From the NCBI GenBank assembly GCA_963832165.1, contig CAWHTE010000001.1:608001-672000 (forward strand): 64,000 bases of DNA, in the 5' to 3' direction. Each line of letters starts with the position of its first letter. Within the stretch, counting starts at the first letter, position 1. This document shows, in pieces, positions 38,751-49,277 of the stretch. The notes beneath the pieces were generated by a model. That model made no database searches. It saw only the letters and a list, made by a program, of their open reading frames with translations, and was not told the DNA's origin. The position numbers and the translations under genes were made by a program. The stretch comes from an uncultured delta proteobacterium. Lineage in GTDB: Bacteria; Myxococcota_A; UBA9160; SMWR01.

Positions 38751-39251
38751 CTACTCCGCGAGCGCCGCGTCGATCGCGCTGCGCAGCGCCGGGTCGCTCG
38801 GCTCGACGCGCGGGTTGAAGCGCGCCTGGATCGTTCCGTCGCGGCCGACCACGAACTTGGCGAAGTTCCAGACGATGTCGCCCGGGCCGTCCGGCTGCGT
38901 GGACTCACCGGTGAGCCACGCGTAGAGCGGCGCGCGCTTCGCGCCATTCACGTCGATCTTCGAGAACATCGGGAAGCTCACGCCGTAGGTGGTGGCGCAG
39001 AATGACTTCACGTCGGCGTTGCTGCCGGGCTCCTGACCGCCGAACTGATTGCACGGAAAGCCGAGCACCGCGAAGCCGCGGCCCTTCTTCTCTTCGTAGA
39101 GCGTCTGGAGCCCCTGGTAGTGCGGCGTGAGTCCGCACTTCGATGCCACGTTCACCACGAGCAGCACCTGGCCCTTGAAATCGGCGAGCTTCTTCTGCGC
39201 GCCGTCGATCGTCTCGAGCTCGAAATCGTGAATCGTCGTCGCGTTCGACAT
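38751..39251 (-). CDS. Glutathione peroxidase family (Cys-type)
   Basis: VNVASKCGLT, GFPCNQFGGQEPG, WNFAKF. Confidence 0.95.
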   Translation of the reverse strand: MSNATTIHDFELETIDGAQKKLADFKGQVLLVVNVASKCGLTPHYQGLQTLYEEKKGRGFAVLGFPCNQFGGQEPGSNADVKSFCATTYGVSFPMFSKIDVNGAKRAPLYAWLTGESTQPDGPGDIVWNFAKFVVGRDGTIQARFNPRVEPSDPALRSAIDAALAE

Positions 39252-39403
39252 GGACCGTACCTCCGCGGACCGCGAACATACCGCGCTGTCCGCGCTGCCG
39301 GAGCCGGCGCATCACGTTGCCAGAGTTCGCTATTTCGTGACATGATCCGGTGACGCAGCCGCTGTAGCCGTACCGTCAGCTCGCGCACCTCCGGAGATCC
39401 CCC

Positions 39404-40876
39404 ATGTCGACGCTGCTCCGCACGTCCTTTCGCTCTAGCATCGCCCTCTGGCTCGTGGCCGCTCTGGTCACCGCGCTCGCGGGCTGCGGCAGCAGCAGCA
39501 CCACCGTCGCCACGAACACCGGGACGGGCACGGTCGTGGTGGTCGTGGCGGATGCCGCGACCGAGGAGTTCGCACAGATCTGGCTCACCGTGACGAAGGT
39601 CGAGCTGATCGGCGCGCAGGGTCACTTCACGCTCTTCGAGGGCCGGCGCGAGCTCGATCTGCTCTCGATGCGCGACGACGCGCGACTGCTCTCGCTCGGG
39701 CGCGATGTGCCGGCCGGCGATTGGTCGAAGATCCGCCTGCACGTCGAGGACGTCGAGCTGATCCGGCTCGTCGACGAGGATGACGCGGACACGGTCGTGG
39801 ACTGCCCCGAAGACGTGGTGCCCGATCCGGGCTTCGTCTGCGAGTCGATCACGCCGCATGTCGGCGGCAACGGCAAGATCGATCTCAATCCGCGCGGGCC
39901 GATCACCGTGCGCGCGGGCGAGCTCTTGTTCGTTCAGCTCGATCTCGACGCGCAGAAGTCGATCCACATCGTGGAGACCGGCAGCGAGCGCTTCGTGTTC
40001 CGGCCGCTCGTGTTCGTCGATCTGTTCGCGGTGAGCCCGGATCGCCTGGTGCGGATCGAAGGCACGATCGAGGAGATCGATCTCGCCGCGCAGAAGCTGC
40101 TCGTGTGCGGCACGCACCGCGTGTTCCGCGCGGGAGCGCGCCAGGACACGGGTGCGCGCAGCCGCTGCGTCGACGTCCGCGTCGGCCCCGACACGTCGAT
40201 CTTCGACGCCGACGGCGATCCCGCTGCGCTCGCCGATCTCGCGCCGGGCGACGAGATCGCCGCGCTCGGCCGATTCCGCGTCGACACGGGCGAGACGCTC
40301 GTGTTCGACGCGCTGTGGATCCAACAGGGCGGGTTCGACGCGGGCGTCGCGGTGACGGGAACGGTCCTCACCGCGGTGTCGGGTGACGAGTTCACGATCG
40401 CGCCCGACCCCGGCGGTCCGATCTCGTCCGACGAGCTCGACGTGCGCCTGCTCGCCGGGGCCAAGCTGTTCAACCGCGCGGGCGAGTCGCTCTCGCCGGC
40501 CGCCCTGCAGCCCGGGCTGCGCGTGCGCGCGTTCGGCACGCTCGCAGGCACGGAAACACGCCTCGACGCGAGCCTCGTGTTCGTGCGCGAGCGCGCCGAC
40601 CTCGCGCGGCTGCACGGCGAGGTGACGCAGCCGTTCGACTCCGCGGACGGCACACTCGTGATCCAGGCCGTGACCGACACCCAGGTGGGGCCGGAGTGCG
40701 TGGCGCTCGAATCGGGTGACGGCGTGTTCCGGATCACCGACTCGGGCGAGCTCCAGCTCGCGGAGCGCATCGAGGCGTCGGACCTGCGCGTGGGCGATGA
40801 AGTGGACGTGTTCGGGCAGCCTGCGGATCCGTGCTTCGACGCCGACACGCTGATCTCGTTCGGCGCAGGCGGCTAG
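39404..40876 (+). CDS. Lipoprotein with DUF4382-like and DUF5666-like domains
   Basis: Lipobox LAGC; LDLL...KIRL...LDLDAQKSI; repeated L..GD.V...G beta units. Confidence 0.65.
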   Translation: MSTLLRTSFRSSIALWLVAALVTALAGCGSSSTTVATNTGTGTVVVVVADAATEEFAQIWLTVTKVELIGAQGHFTLFEGRRELDLLSMRDDARLLSLGRDVPAGDWSKIRLHVEDVELIRLVDEDDADTVVDCPEDVVPDPGFVCESITPHVGGNGKIDLNPRGPITVRAGELLFVQLDLDAQKSIHIVETGSERFVFRPLVFVDLFAVSPDRLVRIEGTIEEIDLAAQKLLVCGTHRVFRAGARQDTGARSRCVDVRVGPDTSIFDADGDPAALADLAPGDEIAALGRFRVDTGETLVFDALWIQQGGFDAGVAVTGTVLTAVSGDEFTIAPDPGGPISSDELDVRLLAGAKLFNRAGESLSPAALQPGLRVRAFGTLAGTETRLDASLVFVRERADLARLHGEVTQPFDSADGTLVIQAVTDTQVGPECVALESGDGVFRITDSGELQLAERIEASDLRVGDEVDVFGQPADPCFDADTLISFGAGG

Positions 40877-41247
40877 TGCAGGGCGTGCGGGCCGTGCTCC
40901 GTCGTGTCGCGCTGACCGGGCTCGCGCTGCTCGCCGCGGTCCCGGCGCTCGCGGGTGAGATCTCCGGGAGCGAGCTGGCGACCCTCGCGCGCTGCATCTC
41001 CGAGAGCGGCGCCCTGTTCTACGGTGCGCACTGGTGTCCCTATTGCCGCGTGCAGAAGGAGTACTTCGGCGCGTCCGCCGACCTGCTTCCCTACGTCGAA
41101 TGCTACGACGGTCGCAAGGCGGACGGGATCAACGCGCTGTGCGGCGACGAGGGCATCAAGACGTTCCCGACCTGGAGATTCCCCGATGGTCGCGTTGTGA
41201 CCGGTGCCCGCTCACCGAGCCAGCTCGCCGCCGACTCGGGCTGCTGA
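40876..41247 (+). CDS. Exported thioredoxin-like protein (resembles VKOR-associated Trx domain)
   Basis: Signal peptide; FYGAHWCPYCRVQKEYFG, YVEC, GIKTFPTW. Confidence 0.8.
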   Translation: MQGVRAVLRRVALTGLALLAAVPALAGEISGSELATLARCISESGALFYGAHWCPYCRVQKEYFGASADLLPYVECYDGRKADGINALCGDEGIKTFPTWRFPDGRVVTGARSPSQLAADSGC

Positions 41248-41252
41248 GATCG

Positions 41253-42702
41253 CTAGACGTAGCGATCGCTCACGTGCGCGATCGCCCCGGGCGCGAGGTC
41301 CTTCCAGGGCGGCACGGGCGCGAGCAGCTTCGCGAGCGCGCGCGCGGTCTCCTCGAACTCCTGCTCACCGTTGGTCGCCGCCGCCGCGAGGCGTGCATCG
41401 CTCGGGAAGATGTCGAGGAAGTTGGGTGCGCGCCGGAAGTTCACGTGCAGGTCCCAGAATGCGCGGTCGCGGTCGGCCGTCGCCGACGCCACGCGCAAGA
41501 GCGGCAGCAGGAGCGCATTCGAGCCGCGCGGCTTGCCGATCGCGTCGAGTGCGAGGATCGCCGTGTGCCGCGTTCCGATCCGCCCCGCCTCGATCGCTTC
41601 CCACGCATAACGCGCCGGGATCAGCGAAGAGAGCGCGCCGTCCACGAGCCCCGAGAGCGAGTGGCGCTCGAAGATCCGCTCGAGCACCTGCGCGCCCTCC
41701 AAGTCCTCGGGCTCGAGGTCGTACGAGAGCACGCCCGGGATCGCCGCGGAGAAGCCCGCGGCGTCGAGCGCGGCGAGCCGCCGGGTCTCGGGATCGGCGC
41801 CGAAGATGATCGGCACGAGCACCTGGCGGCTCATCGCGAGCGAGACGAGCGGACCCACGAGCCGTGCGAGCGCAGCGCGCGGGAGCTTCTCGAGTGCCGC
41901 TCGCGCTGTGCAGCTCGAGGTCGACCATGCGCGCGAACGATTCGCTCGGCTCCGAGAGCGCGCCGGGCCCGAGGCCCGTGGCGAGCAGGTCCACCGGCAG
42001 CGGCAGATCACCGAGGCTCTGCTGGCGGCCGTCGACTTCGAAGAGCTCGCCGAGCGCGCTGCGCAGGTCGAGTCTCAGTGCGCCGGGCAGGCCGAAGCGC
42101 GCGCGCGCAGGCGCGCGGAATGCGCCGCGTTCTCGCAGGCGACGCACGTCGGCGAGCAGCTCGGGGAGATGGAACTCGGAGCTGCGCGCGCGAATCACCG
42201 CGAGGATCGATCCGACGCTGCAGCCCGCGAGGTAGCTCGGCACGAGGCCCAGCTGATGGAGGCGCTCGAGCGCGCCCAGGAACACGTAGCCCGAGCCCGC
42301 GGCGCCGCCGAGCACGAGCGCGAGGCGTTTGTTCGAGAGCTCGGCGTCGAGCCCGCTCTCGCTCGCGAGATCGGCTTCGAAGATCCGCCGGCGCGCCTCG
42401 GCGATCAGCGCCACCACCTTGGGCAGGCGTGCGGCGAGCCGCGCCGCGTCGATCTGCGCGGGCTCGGTCGGCAGCACCGGCGCGAGCAGCTGCAGCAGAC
42501 GCAGGCGCAGCGAGCCGATCCGGTCGACCAGCTCGTCGGGCTCACCGCCGAGCGACGAGAGCTGCGCGAGGCGCAGCGCGTGGCGCAGCAGCGCGAGCTC
42601 GCGCTCGGGCAGGAAGCGCGGATCCGCGGCGAGTCGCCGCGCGAGCGCGATCTCCCCGCGCCGGAACGGCCGGAACTCGTCGAGGAAGATCCGCGCATCC
42701 AT
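41253..42702 (-). CDS. Patatin-like phospholipase, frameshift near 41895
   Basis: LVLGGAAGSG, GCSVG nucleophile, FSAAIPG and LVDGA in downstream frame. Confidence 0.8.
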
Positions 42703-42713
42703 GCGCTTTGCTC

Positions 42714-43517
42714 CTAGGGTTCGAACTCTCCCGTGAAGCGGATGTTCTGGCGCGCGAGCCCATCGACGACCACTTCGACGCCGCCGCTGCGCACCATCCA
42801 TTCGAGGCGGTGGTCGCGGTACTCGCGCTTGAACAGGCCCTTCTCGAGCAGGTCCGCGACCTGTCCCATTCCGCCGCTCGCTCCGGAGAGGAAGGCGCCG
42901 GCTTCGGACGCCGTCTGTGCAACCGCAGGGCGCTCGTTCGCGCGCGCAAGCCATGCGTCGAGCCGGCTGCCCGGCTCGGGCCCGAGGCCGAAGCCGCGCG
43001 AGCCGTTCAGATACGGCACCACGGAGAGGTCGGCGCGGCCGAAGCGCTCCCCATCGAACCAGGCTCGCTCGCCGAGCTGGGACTCGAGCCAGCGGCGCCA
43101 CGCCGCGGTCTGCGCCGCGGCGCGTTCGCCGAGGGTGCGCGCGAGATCGCCCTTCGCGCGCCCGAAGAAGTGGATCTCGCCGAGGCCCCAGTTGATCGCC
43201 TCGTAATGCGTATCCATCGCTTCCTCGATCATGCGCGAGCGCGCGCGCTCGGCGGGCGACTTCGGCAGGAGCGGCGGGTCGGGCCAGCGCTCTTCGAGAT
43301 AGTCGAGGATGATCGTCGAGTCGAACACGCGCACGTCGCCGTCCACGAGCGCGGGCACCTCGCCGCGCGGGCTCGCGTCGAGGAACGCCTGCTCGAGGCC
43401 CGCGCCCGCGCCGACGCCCACGGGCAGCCGCGCTTCGAACGGGAGCTCCTTCTCGCGCAGCGCGATCTTGCACTTCTGCGCGTAGGGCGAGAGCGGGTGA
43501 TCGAAGAGCAGCAGCAT
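42714..43517 (-). CDS. Glutathione S-transferase family protein
   Basis: HPLSPYAQK, SPRGEVPAL, FDSTIILDYLEE. Confidence 0.92.
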   Translation of the reverse strand: MLLLFDHPLSPYAQKCKIALREKELPFEARLPVGVGAGAGLEQAFLDASPRGEVPALVDGDVRVFDSTIILDYLEERWPDPPLLPKSPAERARSRMIEEAMDTHYEAINWGLGEIHFFGRAKGDLARTLGERAAAQTAAWRRWLESQLGERAWFDGERFGRADLSVVPYLNGSRGFGLGPEPGSRLDAWLARANERPAVAQTASEAGAFLSGASGGMGQVADLLEKGLFKREYRDHRLEWMVRSGGVEVVVDGLARQNIRFTGEFEP

Positions 43518-44467
43518 CAGGCGCCCTGATCCAGATACTCGGAGAGCCCGTATCCGACGCGGTCACCGTCGAGCACGTACTCGGTCATGCCCTCGCCGAT
43601 GTGCGTGTGCTTTCCGGCACGGCGGTTGCGCAGCGGAATGAACCCGCGGACCCGGCCCTCGAGACGGTGCTGGGTTCCGCCCGCGAGCGTCACCTCCGCA
43701 CGCAGGGCGCGGTGGTAGTTGGTGCCGGGCTCGTAGTCGGTCTCGATCTTCACCTCGGTGATGCGCTCGATCTCGAGTCCGCGCTGGACCACGCCGCCGA
43801 CGCGGTCGCCGACCTTCGAGATCACCAGCCCGAGATCGTCGCCGAAATTGCAGGTGATCCAGCGGTAGTCCGGCGTCGACTGCCAGTAGCGCGGACCCCA
43901 CGAGTGGTCGCGCAGGCCGTGGCCGCGGATCGCGATCGGCGCCTCGCCTTCGATCTCGATCTCACCCGAGACGCGCATGTGTTGCTCGTAGTGGGCGCGC
44001 GCGAAGTCGTTGCCGTCGCCGGGCTTGCCGACGTGGCCATAGATCGGTCCGACACCTTCGTGAACGAGATCGATGCGCAGCCGGCGGTGCGGGTTCTCGG
44101 TGAACGCGGCGCGCGGATCCTTCATCGCGCGCGGATCGGCCAGATACACCGCCGAGCCCTGGTACAGCGTGCGCAGCCGCTCTCCGGGCACGAGCACCTC
44201 GACGGAGAGCCCGCCCGCATCGAACCGGTCGTTCGAGGTGATCTCGGGGCGCTTGAAATTGAACAGCGCCGAGCCGTCCGCGTTGTAGACGATCACGGTC
44301 ATCTCCGCGTAGCGTTCGTTCGCGCGGTTGCCGATGCGCACGAAGCCGCCGCGGTTCTGGGTGCGGTCGAAGAAGTTGAAGTAGACCGACTCGTTGAAGT
44401 TCGGCTCGGGCCCGAGCGGGTGGGTGTAGTCGTCCTCGGGCTTCACGTTGCCGACGATTCTTGCCAT
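43517..44467 (-). CDS. Conserved hypothetical protein (tocopherol-cyclase/lipocalin-like beta fold suspected)
   Basis: FNESVYFNF, HYEQ, GLRDHSWGPRYW, GYGLSEY. Confidence 0.65.
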   Translation of the reverse strand: MARIVGNVKPEDDYTHPLGPEPNFNESVYFNFFDRTQNRGGFVRIGNRANERYAEMTVIVYNADGSALFNFKRPEITSNDRFDAGGLSVEVLVPGERLRTLYQGSAVYLADPRAMKDPRAAFTENPHRRLRIDLVHEGVGPIYGHVGKPGDGNDFARAHYEQHMRVSGEIEIEGEAPIAIRGHGLRDHSWGPRYWQSTPDYRWITCNFGDDLGLVISKVGDRVGGVVQRGLEIERITEVKIETDYEPGTNYHRALRAEVTLAGGTQHRLEGRVRGFIPLRNRRAGKHTHIGEGMTEYVLDGDRVGYGLSEYLDQGA

Positions 44468-44505
44468 GGCGGTCGCCTCCTGGTTTCCACGCTAGCACTC
44501 GACGG

Positions 44506-45444
44506 TCAGGAATAACGCCGGAAGCGCGGCAACATAGGAGCGAGGAGCTCCCTGCCGATGTAGCGCCAGCGCCGGCGCATCCAGAAGCGCGGGATCACCC
44601 AGAGCGATCGGAGCTTCTCCCATGCGCCGATCGGGGCCCTGCGCACCGCGCCGAGCTGATCGCGCAGCAGCGACAGCTCCGGGAAATAGAATCGGTGTCC
44701 GGCTCGCGAGGGATCGAACCAGATCGCGACCTCTTCCTGCGTGGTGTTCGCCTTGCGCGACATCCCGGAGTGGATCCGGCGGTGGAAATGGTGACCCGGC
44801 AGCTCCCAGAACTCGCCGAGCAGGGCCAGCTCGCCCATCAGCACGTAGTCGGAGTTTGCGTAGGCTCCGTGGAGGCGGGTCCTGAGCAGCGGAGCGGTGC
44901 GGAACAGCCCGAACAGCACGTTCGCATAGCGCATCTTGCGCGCGATGTGGGCGTAGCGCGCATGCGGCCGCAAGCCGCGTGTATCCAGGTTCTCTTGCGC
45001 GCGCCGCGTCACCGCACCGTGCTCGTCGATGAACGTGGTTCCCGTGAGCACGAGGATGACCGACGGTGCGGCGCGATCGAGCGCCTCCACGCAGGTTCGC
45101 AGATGCGTGGGCTCGCAGAGGTCGTCATGGGTGGTCCAGCGGAAGTATTCGCCGCGCGCGAGCAGAGGGAGGCGGCTGAAGTTCCACGATCCACCGCGGT
45201 TTTCGGACTCGCGCAGGTAGCGGATCCGCGCATCGAAGGCCGCGTACTCGCGGCAGATCGCCTCGGTGTCGTCCGTCGAGCCGTTGTCCGAGATGATCAG
45301 CTCGAAGTCCGCGAAGTCCTGGGCGAGCAGGGACTCGAGGGACTCGCGCAGGTAGGCCGCTCCGTTGTAGACGGGCAGGCCAACACTCACGCGGGGAATG
45401 CGCTCGGCACCCGCCAGCGACGCGACAGCTCGTTCGGGCATCAA
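44506..45444 (-). CDS. Glycosyltransferase family 2
   Basis: VSVGLPVYNG, ISDNGSTDDT, HDD. Confidence 0.92.
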   Translation of the reverse strand: MMPERAVASLAGAERIPRVSVGLPVYNGAAYLRESLESLLAQDFADFELIISDNGSTDDTEAICREYAAFDARIRYLRESENRGGSWNFSRLPLLARGEYFRWTTHDDLCEPTHLRTCVEALDRAAPSVILVLTGTTFIDEHGAVTRRAQENLDTRGLRPHARYAHIARKMRYANVLFGLFRTAPLLRTRLHGAYANSDYVLMGELALLGEFWELPGHHFHRRIHSGMSRKANTTQEEVAIWFDPSRAGHRFYFPELSLLRDQLGAVRRAPIGAWEKLRSLWVIPRFWMRRRWRYIGRELLAPMLPRFRRYS

Positions 45445-45571
45445 ATCAGCTCTGTATTCCCGGCCCTACGCATTCTACGGCGATTGAGAGTGGCCGAACA
45501 CGCCCCTCAGGTGATACGGCCGGAAAGCCGATGACAACGGCCTGCAACAGCGGGAGTCGAATCGTAGAGCC

Positions 45572-45751
45572 ATGCGGTACGACACGGTGGAGTTCGACCA
45601 TCCGGATGGGTCCCACAAAACCCTCCAGCCCAGCGAATTCGAGGCGCTGCCGCTGCTCGAGCGCGTGCAGTGGCTTTCCCAGGGCCGTTTCCGCTTCCTG
45701 AAAGGTGGGGTCAAGGTCCCTGCCTACCAAGCGCTGAAGCCGGAGCGCTGA
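45572..45751 (+). CDS. Unannotated 59-aa small protein (below ORF-track cutoff)
   Basis: MRYDTVEFDHPDGSHKTLQPSEFEALPLLERVQWLSQGRFRFLKGGVKVPAYQALKPER*; TGATG overlap with next gene; GC-rich third positions. Confidence 0.7.
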   Translation: MRYDTVEFDHPDGSHKTLQPSEFEALPLLERVQWLSQGRFRFLKGGVKVPAYQALKPER

Positions 45752-46401
45752 TGCGCGGCTCCCGAGCGCTCCTGTACGGCGCGGCGCTGCTCTGGATCGC
45801 AGCCGCCGTGGGCGGCTCGCTGTACATCTTCTTCTACGAGAGCCGGCCCGCTCCGGCGACCGCGGTGGCGCAGGTCTGGCCCGAGCAGGCCGGAATCGCG
45901 CGCCATGCGGATGGCTTCCAGCTCGTGATGGCGGTGCACCCGAAGTGCCCGTGCACGCGCGCGAGCGTGGCGGAGCTCAACAAGCTGATGCTGGCCTCGG
46001 GATCGCGCGTACACGCGATCGCGCTCGTGACCAAGCCCTTCGAGCTGCCCGATCTCTGGTCGGAGAGCGACGTCACCGCGCGCTTGCGCGAGATCCCGAA
46101 CGTCGAGGTGGTGCGCGACCTCGGCGGCGCGAAGTCGAGCGCGTTCGGTGCGCAGAACTCCGGGCAGACCCTGCTCTACGACGCCTCGGGCCAGCTCGTG
46201 TTCGAGGGCGGAATCACCGCGTTTCGCGGGCACGAGGGTCCGAGCGTCGGCGGCGAGATGATCGCGCAGATCGTGGCCGGCCATCCGGCGCCGCGCGCTC
46301 ACACCAAGGTGTTCGGCTGTTCGTTGAAGGACAAGTTCTGTCCCGCACGCGGGACATCGGGCGAGGAACACGACCATGGACACGATGGCAATGACGTCTG
46401 A
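45751..46401 (+). CDS. RedB-like membrane-anchored thioredoxin-like protein
   Basis: TM then HPKCPCTRAS, FGAQNSGQ.LLYD..G.LVFEGGIT..RGHEG, VFGCSL. Confidence 0.7.
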   Translation: MRGSRALLYGAALLWIAAAVGGSLYIFFYESRPAPATAVAQVWPEQAGIARHADGFQLVMAVHPKCPCTRASVAELNKLMLASGSRVHAIALVTKPFELPDLWSESDVTARLREIPNVEVVRDLGGAKSSAFGAQNSGQTLLYDASGQLVFEGGITAFRGHEGPSVGGEMIAQIVAGHPAPRAHTKVFGCSLKDKFCPARGTSGEEHDHGHDGNDV

Positions 46402-47083
46402 GGAAACGGAACGGACCGAGCAGGTCTACCAGGAAGAGCTCTCCACACAGCGCGTCCGACTCGACCGGATTTTCGCGAAGCTCATGATGATCCAGTGGGC
46501 CTTCGCGATCGGGCTCGCGCTCGTGTACTCGCCCTACGCCTGGGAGGGCAAGCAGAGCGCCATCCACGCCCACGTCTACCTCGCCGTGCTCATGGGCGCC
46601 GGGCTCACGCTCCTGCCGCTCGTGATGGTGCGCCAGATGCCGGGCAGCGTGCGCTCGCGCCACGTGATCGCGATCAGCCAGATGCTCTGGTCCGCGCTGC
46701 TGATCCACTTGACCGGCGGGCGGATCGAGACGCACTTCCACGTGTTCGGCTCGCTGGCCTGGCTGGCGTTCTACCTCGACTGGCGGATCCTCGTGACCGC
46801 GACCGTGGTCGTGGCGGGAGAACACTTCCTGCGCGGCGTCTTCTATCCCGAGTCGGTCTACGGCATCGCCAACCCGGAGTGGTGGCGCTTCCTCGAGCAC
46901 GCGTTCTGGGTCGCGTTCGAGGACGTGATCCTGTTGATCGCGTGCCACAACGGCCTGCGCAGCCTGCGCGACGGCGCGCAGCGTCAGGCCCAGCTCGAGG
47001 CGCTCTCCGAGAGCGAGCAGAACAAGGCCGTCGCGCTCGAGATGCTGATCACGGAGATGAAGGCGCGCGGAAGCCAGGCGTAG
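46376..47083 (+). CDS. Stand-alone multi-TM sensor domain (as in RedB-associated kinases) with no kinase domain
   Basis: LLIHLTGGRIETHFHVFGSLA, WRFLEHAFWVAFED; stops after a short coiled coil. Confidence 0.7.
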   Translation: MDTMAMTSEETERTEQVYQEELSTQRVRLDRIFAKLMMIQWAFAIGLALVYSPYAWEGKQSAIHAHVYLAVLMGAGLTLLPLVMVRQMPGSVRSRHVIAISQMLWSALLIHLTGGRIETHFHVFGSLAWLAFYLDWRILVTATVVVAGEHFLRGVFYPESVYGIANPEWWRFLEHAFWVAFEDVILLIACHNGLRSLRDGAQRQAQLEALSESEQNKAVALEMLITEMKARGSQA

Positions 47084-47137
47084 TCCGAAGCGATTTCGCC
47101 GACACGGCCTCGACCCACCGGGGTACGCTCTGCTCCG

Positions 47138-48621
47138 GTGAGAGTCGAGATCGGGATCTGTCTCGCGGTCCTGGCGTTCATCGCCGGGCTGATCCACGCG
47201 CCGGGCGCGCGTTCCGATTTCAGCTAGGACGACTATGACTTCGTGCTGAACAACACGGCGATCCGGTACCCGAACAGCGCGCTCGCCTCCTTCGCGCAGC
47301 CGTTCCCGCCGCACCAGCCCGACCGCGGCCTCTACCGCCCGGTCACGAATCTCAGCTATGCGCTGGACCATCAGCTCTTCCAGCTCGACGCGCGCGGCTT
47401 CCACTGGACCAACGTCGCGCTCTACGTCGTCGTCGTGTGGCTCGTGTTCGCCCTCGCGCGCTGGCACGATTCCTCTGCGGGCTTCGCGTTCGCAGCCGCG
47501 GCTCTGTTCGCGGCCCATCCCGTCCACTGCGAGGCCGTCGACAGCGTGACCGGGCGCAGCGAGCTTCTCGCAGCGGCCTTCGCGCTCCTCTCGATCCTGG
47601 CCTTCGCCGCCGCAATGCCGCGCGGCGGTACGGCTCGCTCGGTAAGCGCACGCGCGATCTGGGTCGTGCTTTCGGCTCTCGCGTACGGCGCGGCCGCCTT
47701 TTCGAAGGAGGTCGGTGCGTTCGTGCCGGCCGTGCTGGCCGTCTGCTTCCTGTGTTTCGGCCGGGTGCCCGGAGAGAGCGCCGCGAGCTGGGTCCGGCGC
47801 GGTGCGGTGTGGCTCGCGCCCTGCCTCGCGGTGGGGCTCGCGTACCTTCTGGCGAGGTGGAACGCGTTGGGCGGGCTCGCGCCCGACGCCGGCATACTCG
47901 ACTCGCAGAGCACCGCGTTTCGGATCCACACGATCGGCATGTCGTGGATCCAGTACCTGCGACTGCTCGTCGCGCCGACGACGCTCCACGTCGACTACTA
48001 CTGGTGGCCAGTTCTTCCAGAAGCCGCGCGAGACGCTCGTCTGGGCGCTCGCCGGCTGCGCACTGCTCGCGATCACGCTCGCTGCGCTCGCCGCGTTGGT
48101 CCTGCGCGAGCTTCGCAGCTCCCGGGGCCACGGCGCCGGGCAGATCGCCTTGTGCGCTCTCTCGTTCGTGGTCTTCCTGTTCCCGGTCATGCACGTCCTG
48201 CCCACGATCGGCTGGATGTCCGAGCGCTATCTCTTCCTGCCCTCGATCGGGTTCTGCGTGCTCGTCGCGCTCGCCGTTCGCGAGGGAATGCGCCGCTGGG
48301 TTCCTTCGCCCCGCGCGCGGCTCGCGGCGTCGAGCATCGGGCTCGCGGTTGCCGTCGGGGCCGGCGGTTGGCGAAGCCATCAGCGCGCGCTCGAGTGGCG
48401 CGACGAGCAGAAGCTCTGGCAGGTCGAGGACGCCGCGCTGCCGAACGACGCTCGCATCCTCTCGAGTCTCTCCCACGCCTACGCGAAACGCGGGCGGATC
48501 GGCGTGGCCTGGGACGCCCTCGAGCGCGCTCGCGGCGCCGAGCCGCGCATGGACGCGCCTCGATCGCATGCTCGATTCGATCGAGCGCCTGCTGCGCGAC
48601 GCGCGCGAGCGATCGCGCTAG
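47138..48621 (+). pseudogene. TMTC/GT-C-like membrane glycosyltransferase with TPR tail; in-frame TAG and two frameshifts
   Basis: FS*DD...N, YRPVT.LSY.LD, FHWTN, FAAHPVH.EAV..V.GR, SKE, SERYLFLPS, W.DE..LW; TAG 47225-47227, shifts near 48000 and 48550. Confidence 0.7.
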
Positions 48622-49265
48622 GGGACGATCGACGCGAGCAGGGCCTGCATCTGGCCGATCGGCCAGGACAGGATCGGTGCGCCGAGCCACACGATCGCGA
48701 TCAGCGTTCCCGCGAGCACCCAGTCTCCGCCGCGCAGGAACGCGCGCCAGGCCGGCTCGAGGCGCGCGGGCAGCCACGCCTCGAGCACGCGGCTGCCGTC
48801 GAGCGGCGGCACGGGCAGCGCGTTCAGGATCGCGAGCGAGAAATTCAGCACCGCGATCGTCTCGAGCAGCGCGCGCACGGCGCTTCCCGGCTCGACCGTC
48901 GCGGGCGCGCCCGCGACGAGTGCGAAGAGGACCGAGACCGCGGCGAGCGTGAGCGCGAGGTTCGAGGCGGGGCCGGCGGCTGCCGTGATCGCGAGGCCCG
49001 TGCGCATCGACACGCCGCGGTGGAACCGCGTGGGGTTGATCGGCACGGGCTTCGCCCATCCGAATGGAACGCCCAGCAGCGGCAGGAGCAGCGTGCCGAC
49101 GGGATCGATGTGCGCGAGCGGATCGAGCGTCATGCGGCCCAGGCGTGCGGCCGTGTCGTCGCCGAGTCGCCACGCCGACCACGCGTGCGCCCACTCGTGC
49201 ACCGCGAGCGAGAGCCACAGCGCGATCAGCCAGACCAGGCGCGACGCGAGATCTGCTTCGCTCAC
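48618..49265 (-). CDS. Site-2 protease (peptidase M50)
   Basis: HEWAH, GRMTLDPLAHIDP, GWAKPVP, AAAGPASN, NALPVPPLDG. Confidence 0.93.
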   Translation of the reverse strand: MSEADLASRLVWLIALWLSLAVHEWAHAWSAWRLGDDTAARLGRMTLDPLAHIDPVGTLLLPLLGVPFGWAKPVPINPTRFHRGVSMRTGLAITAAAGPASNLALTLAAVSVLFALVAGAPATVEPGSAVRALLETIAVLNFSLAILNALPVPPLDGSRVLEAWLPARLEPAWRAFLRGGDWVLAGTLIAIVWLGAPILSWPIGQMQALLASIVP

Positions 49266-49277
49266 GAGCGCGAGCTC

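Noticed and set aside
38751..39251. Glutathione peroxidase as a second selenoprotein
   Set aside because: Active-site codon is TGC (Cys); the ORF is uninterrupted
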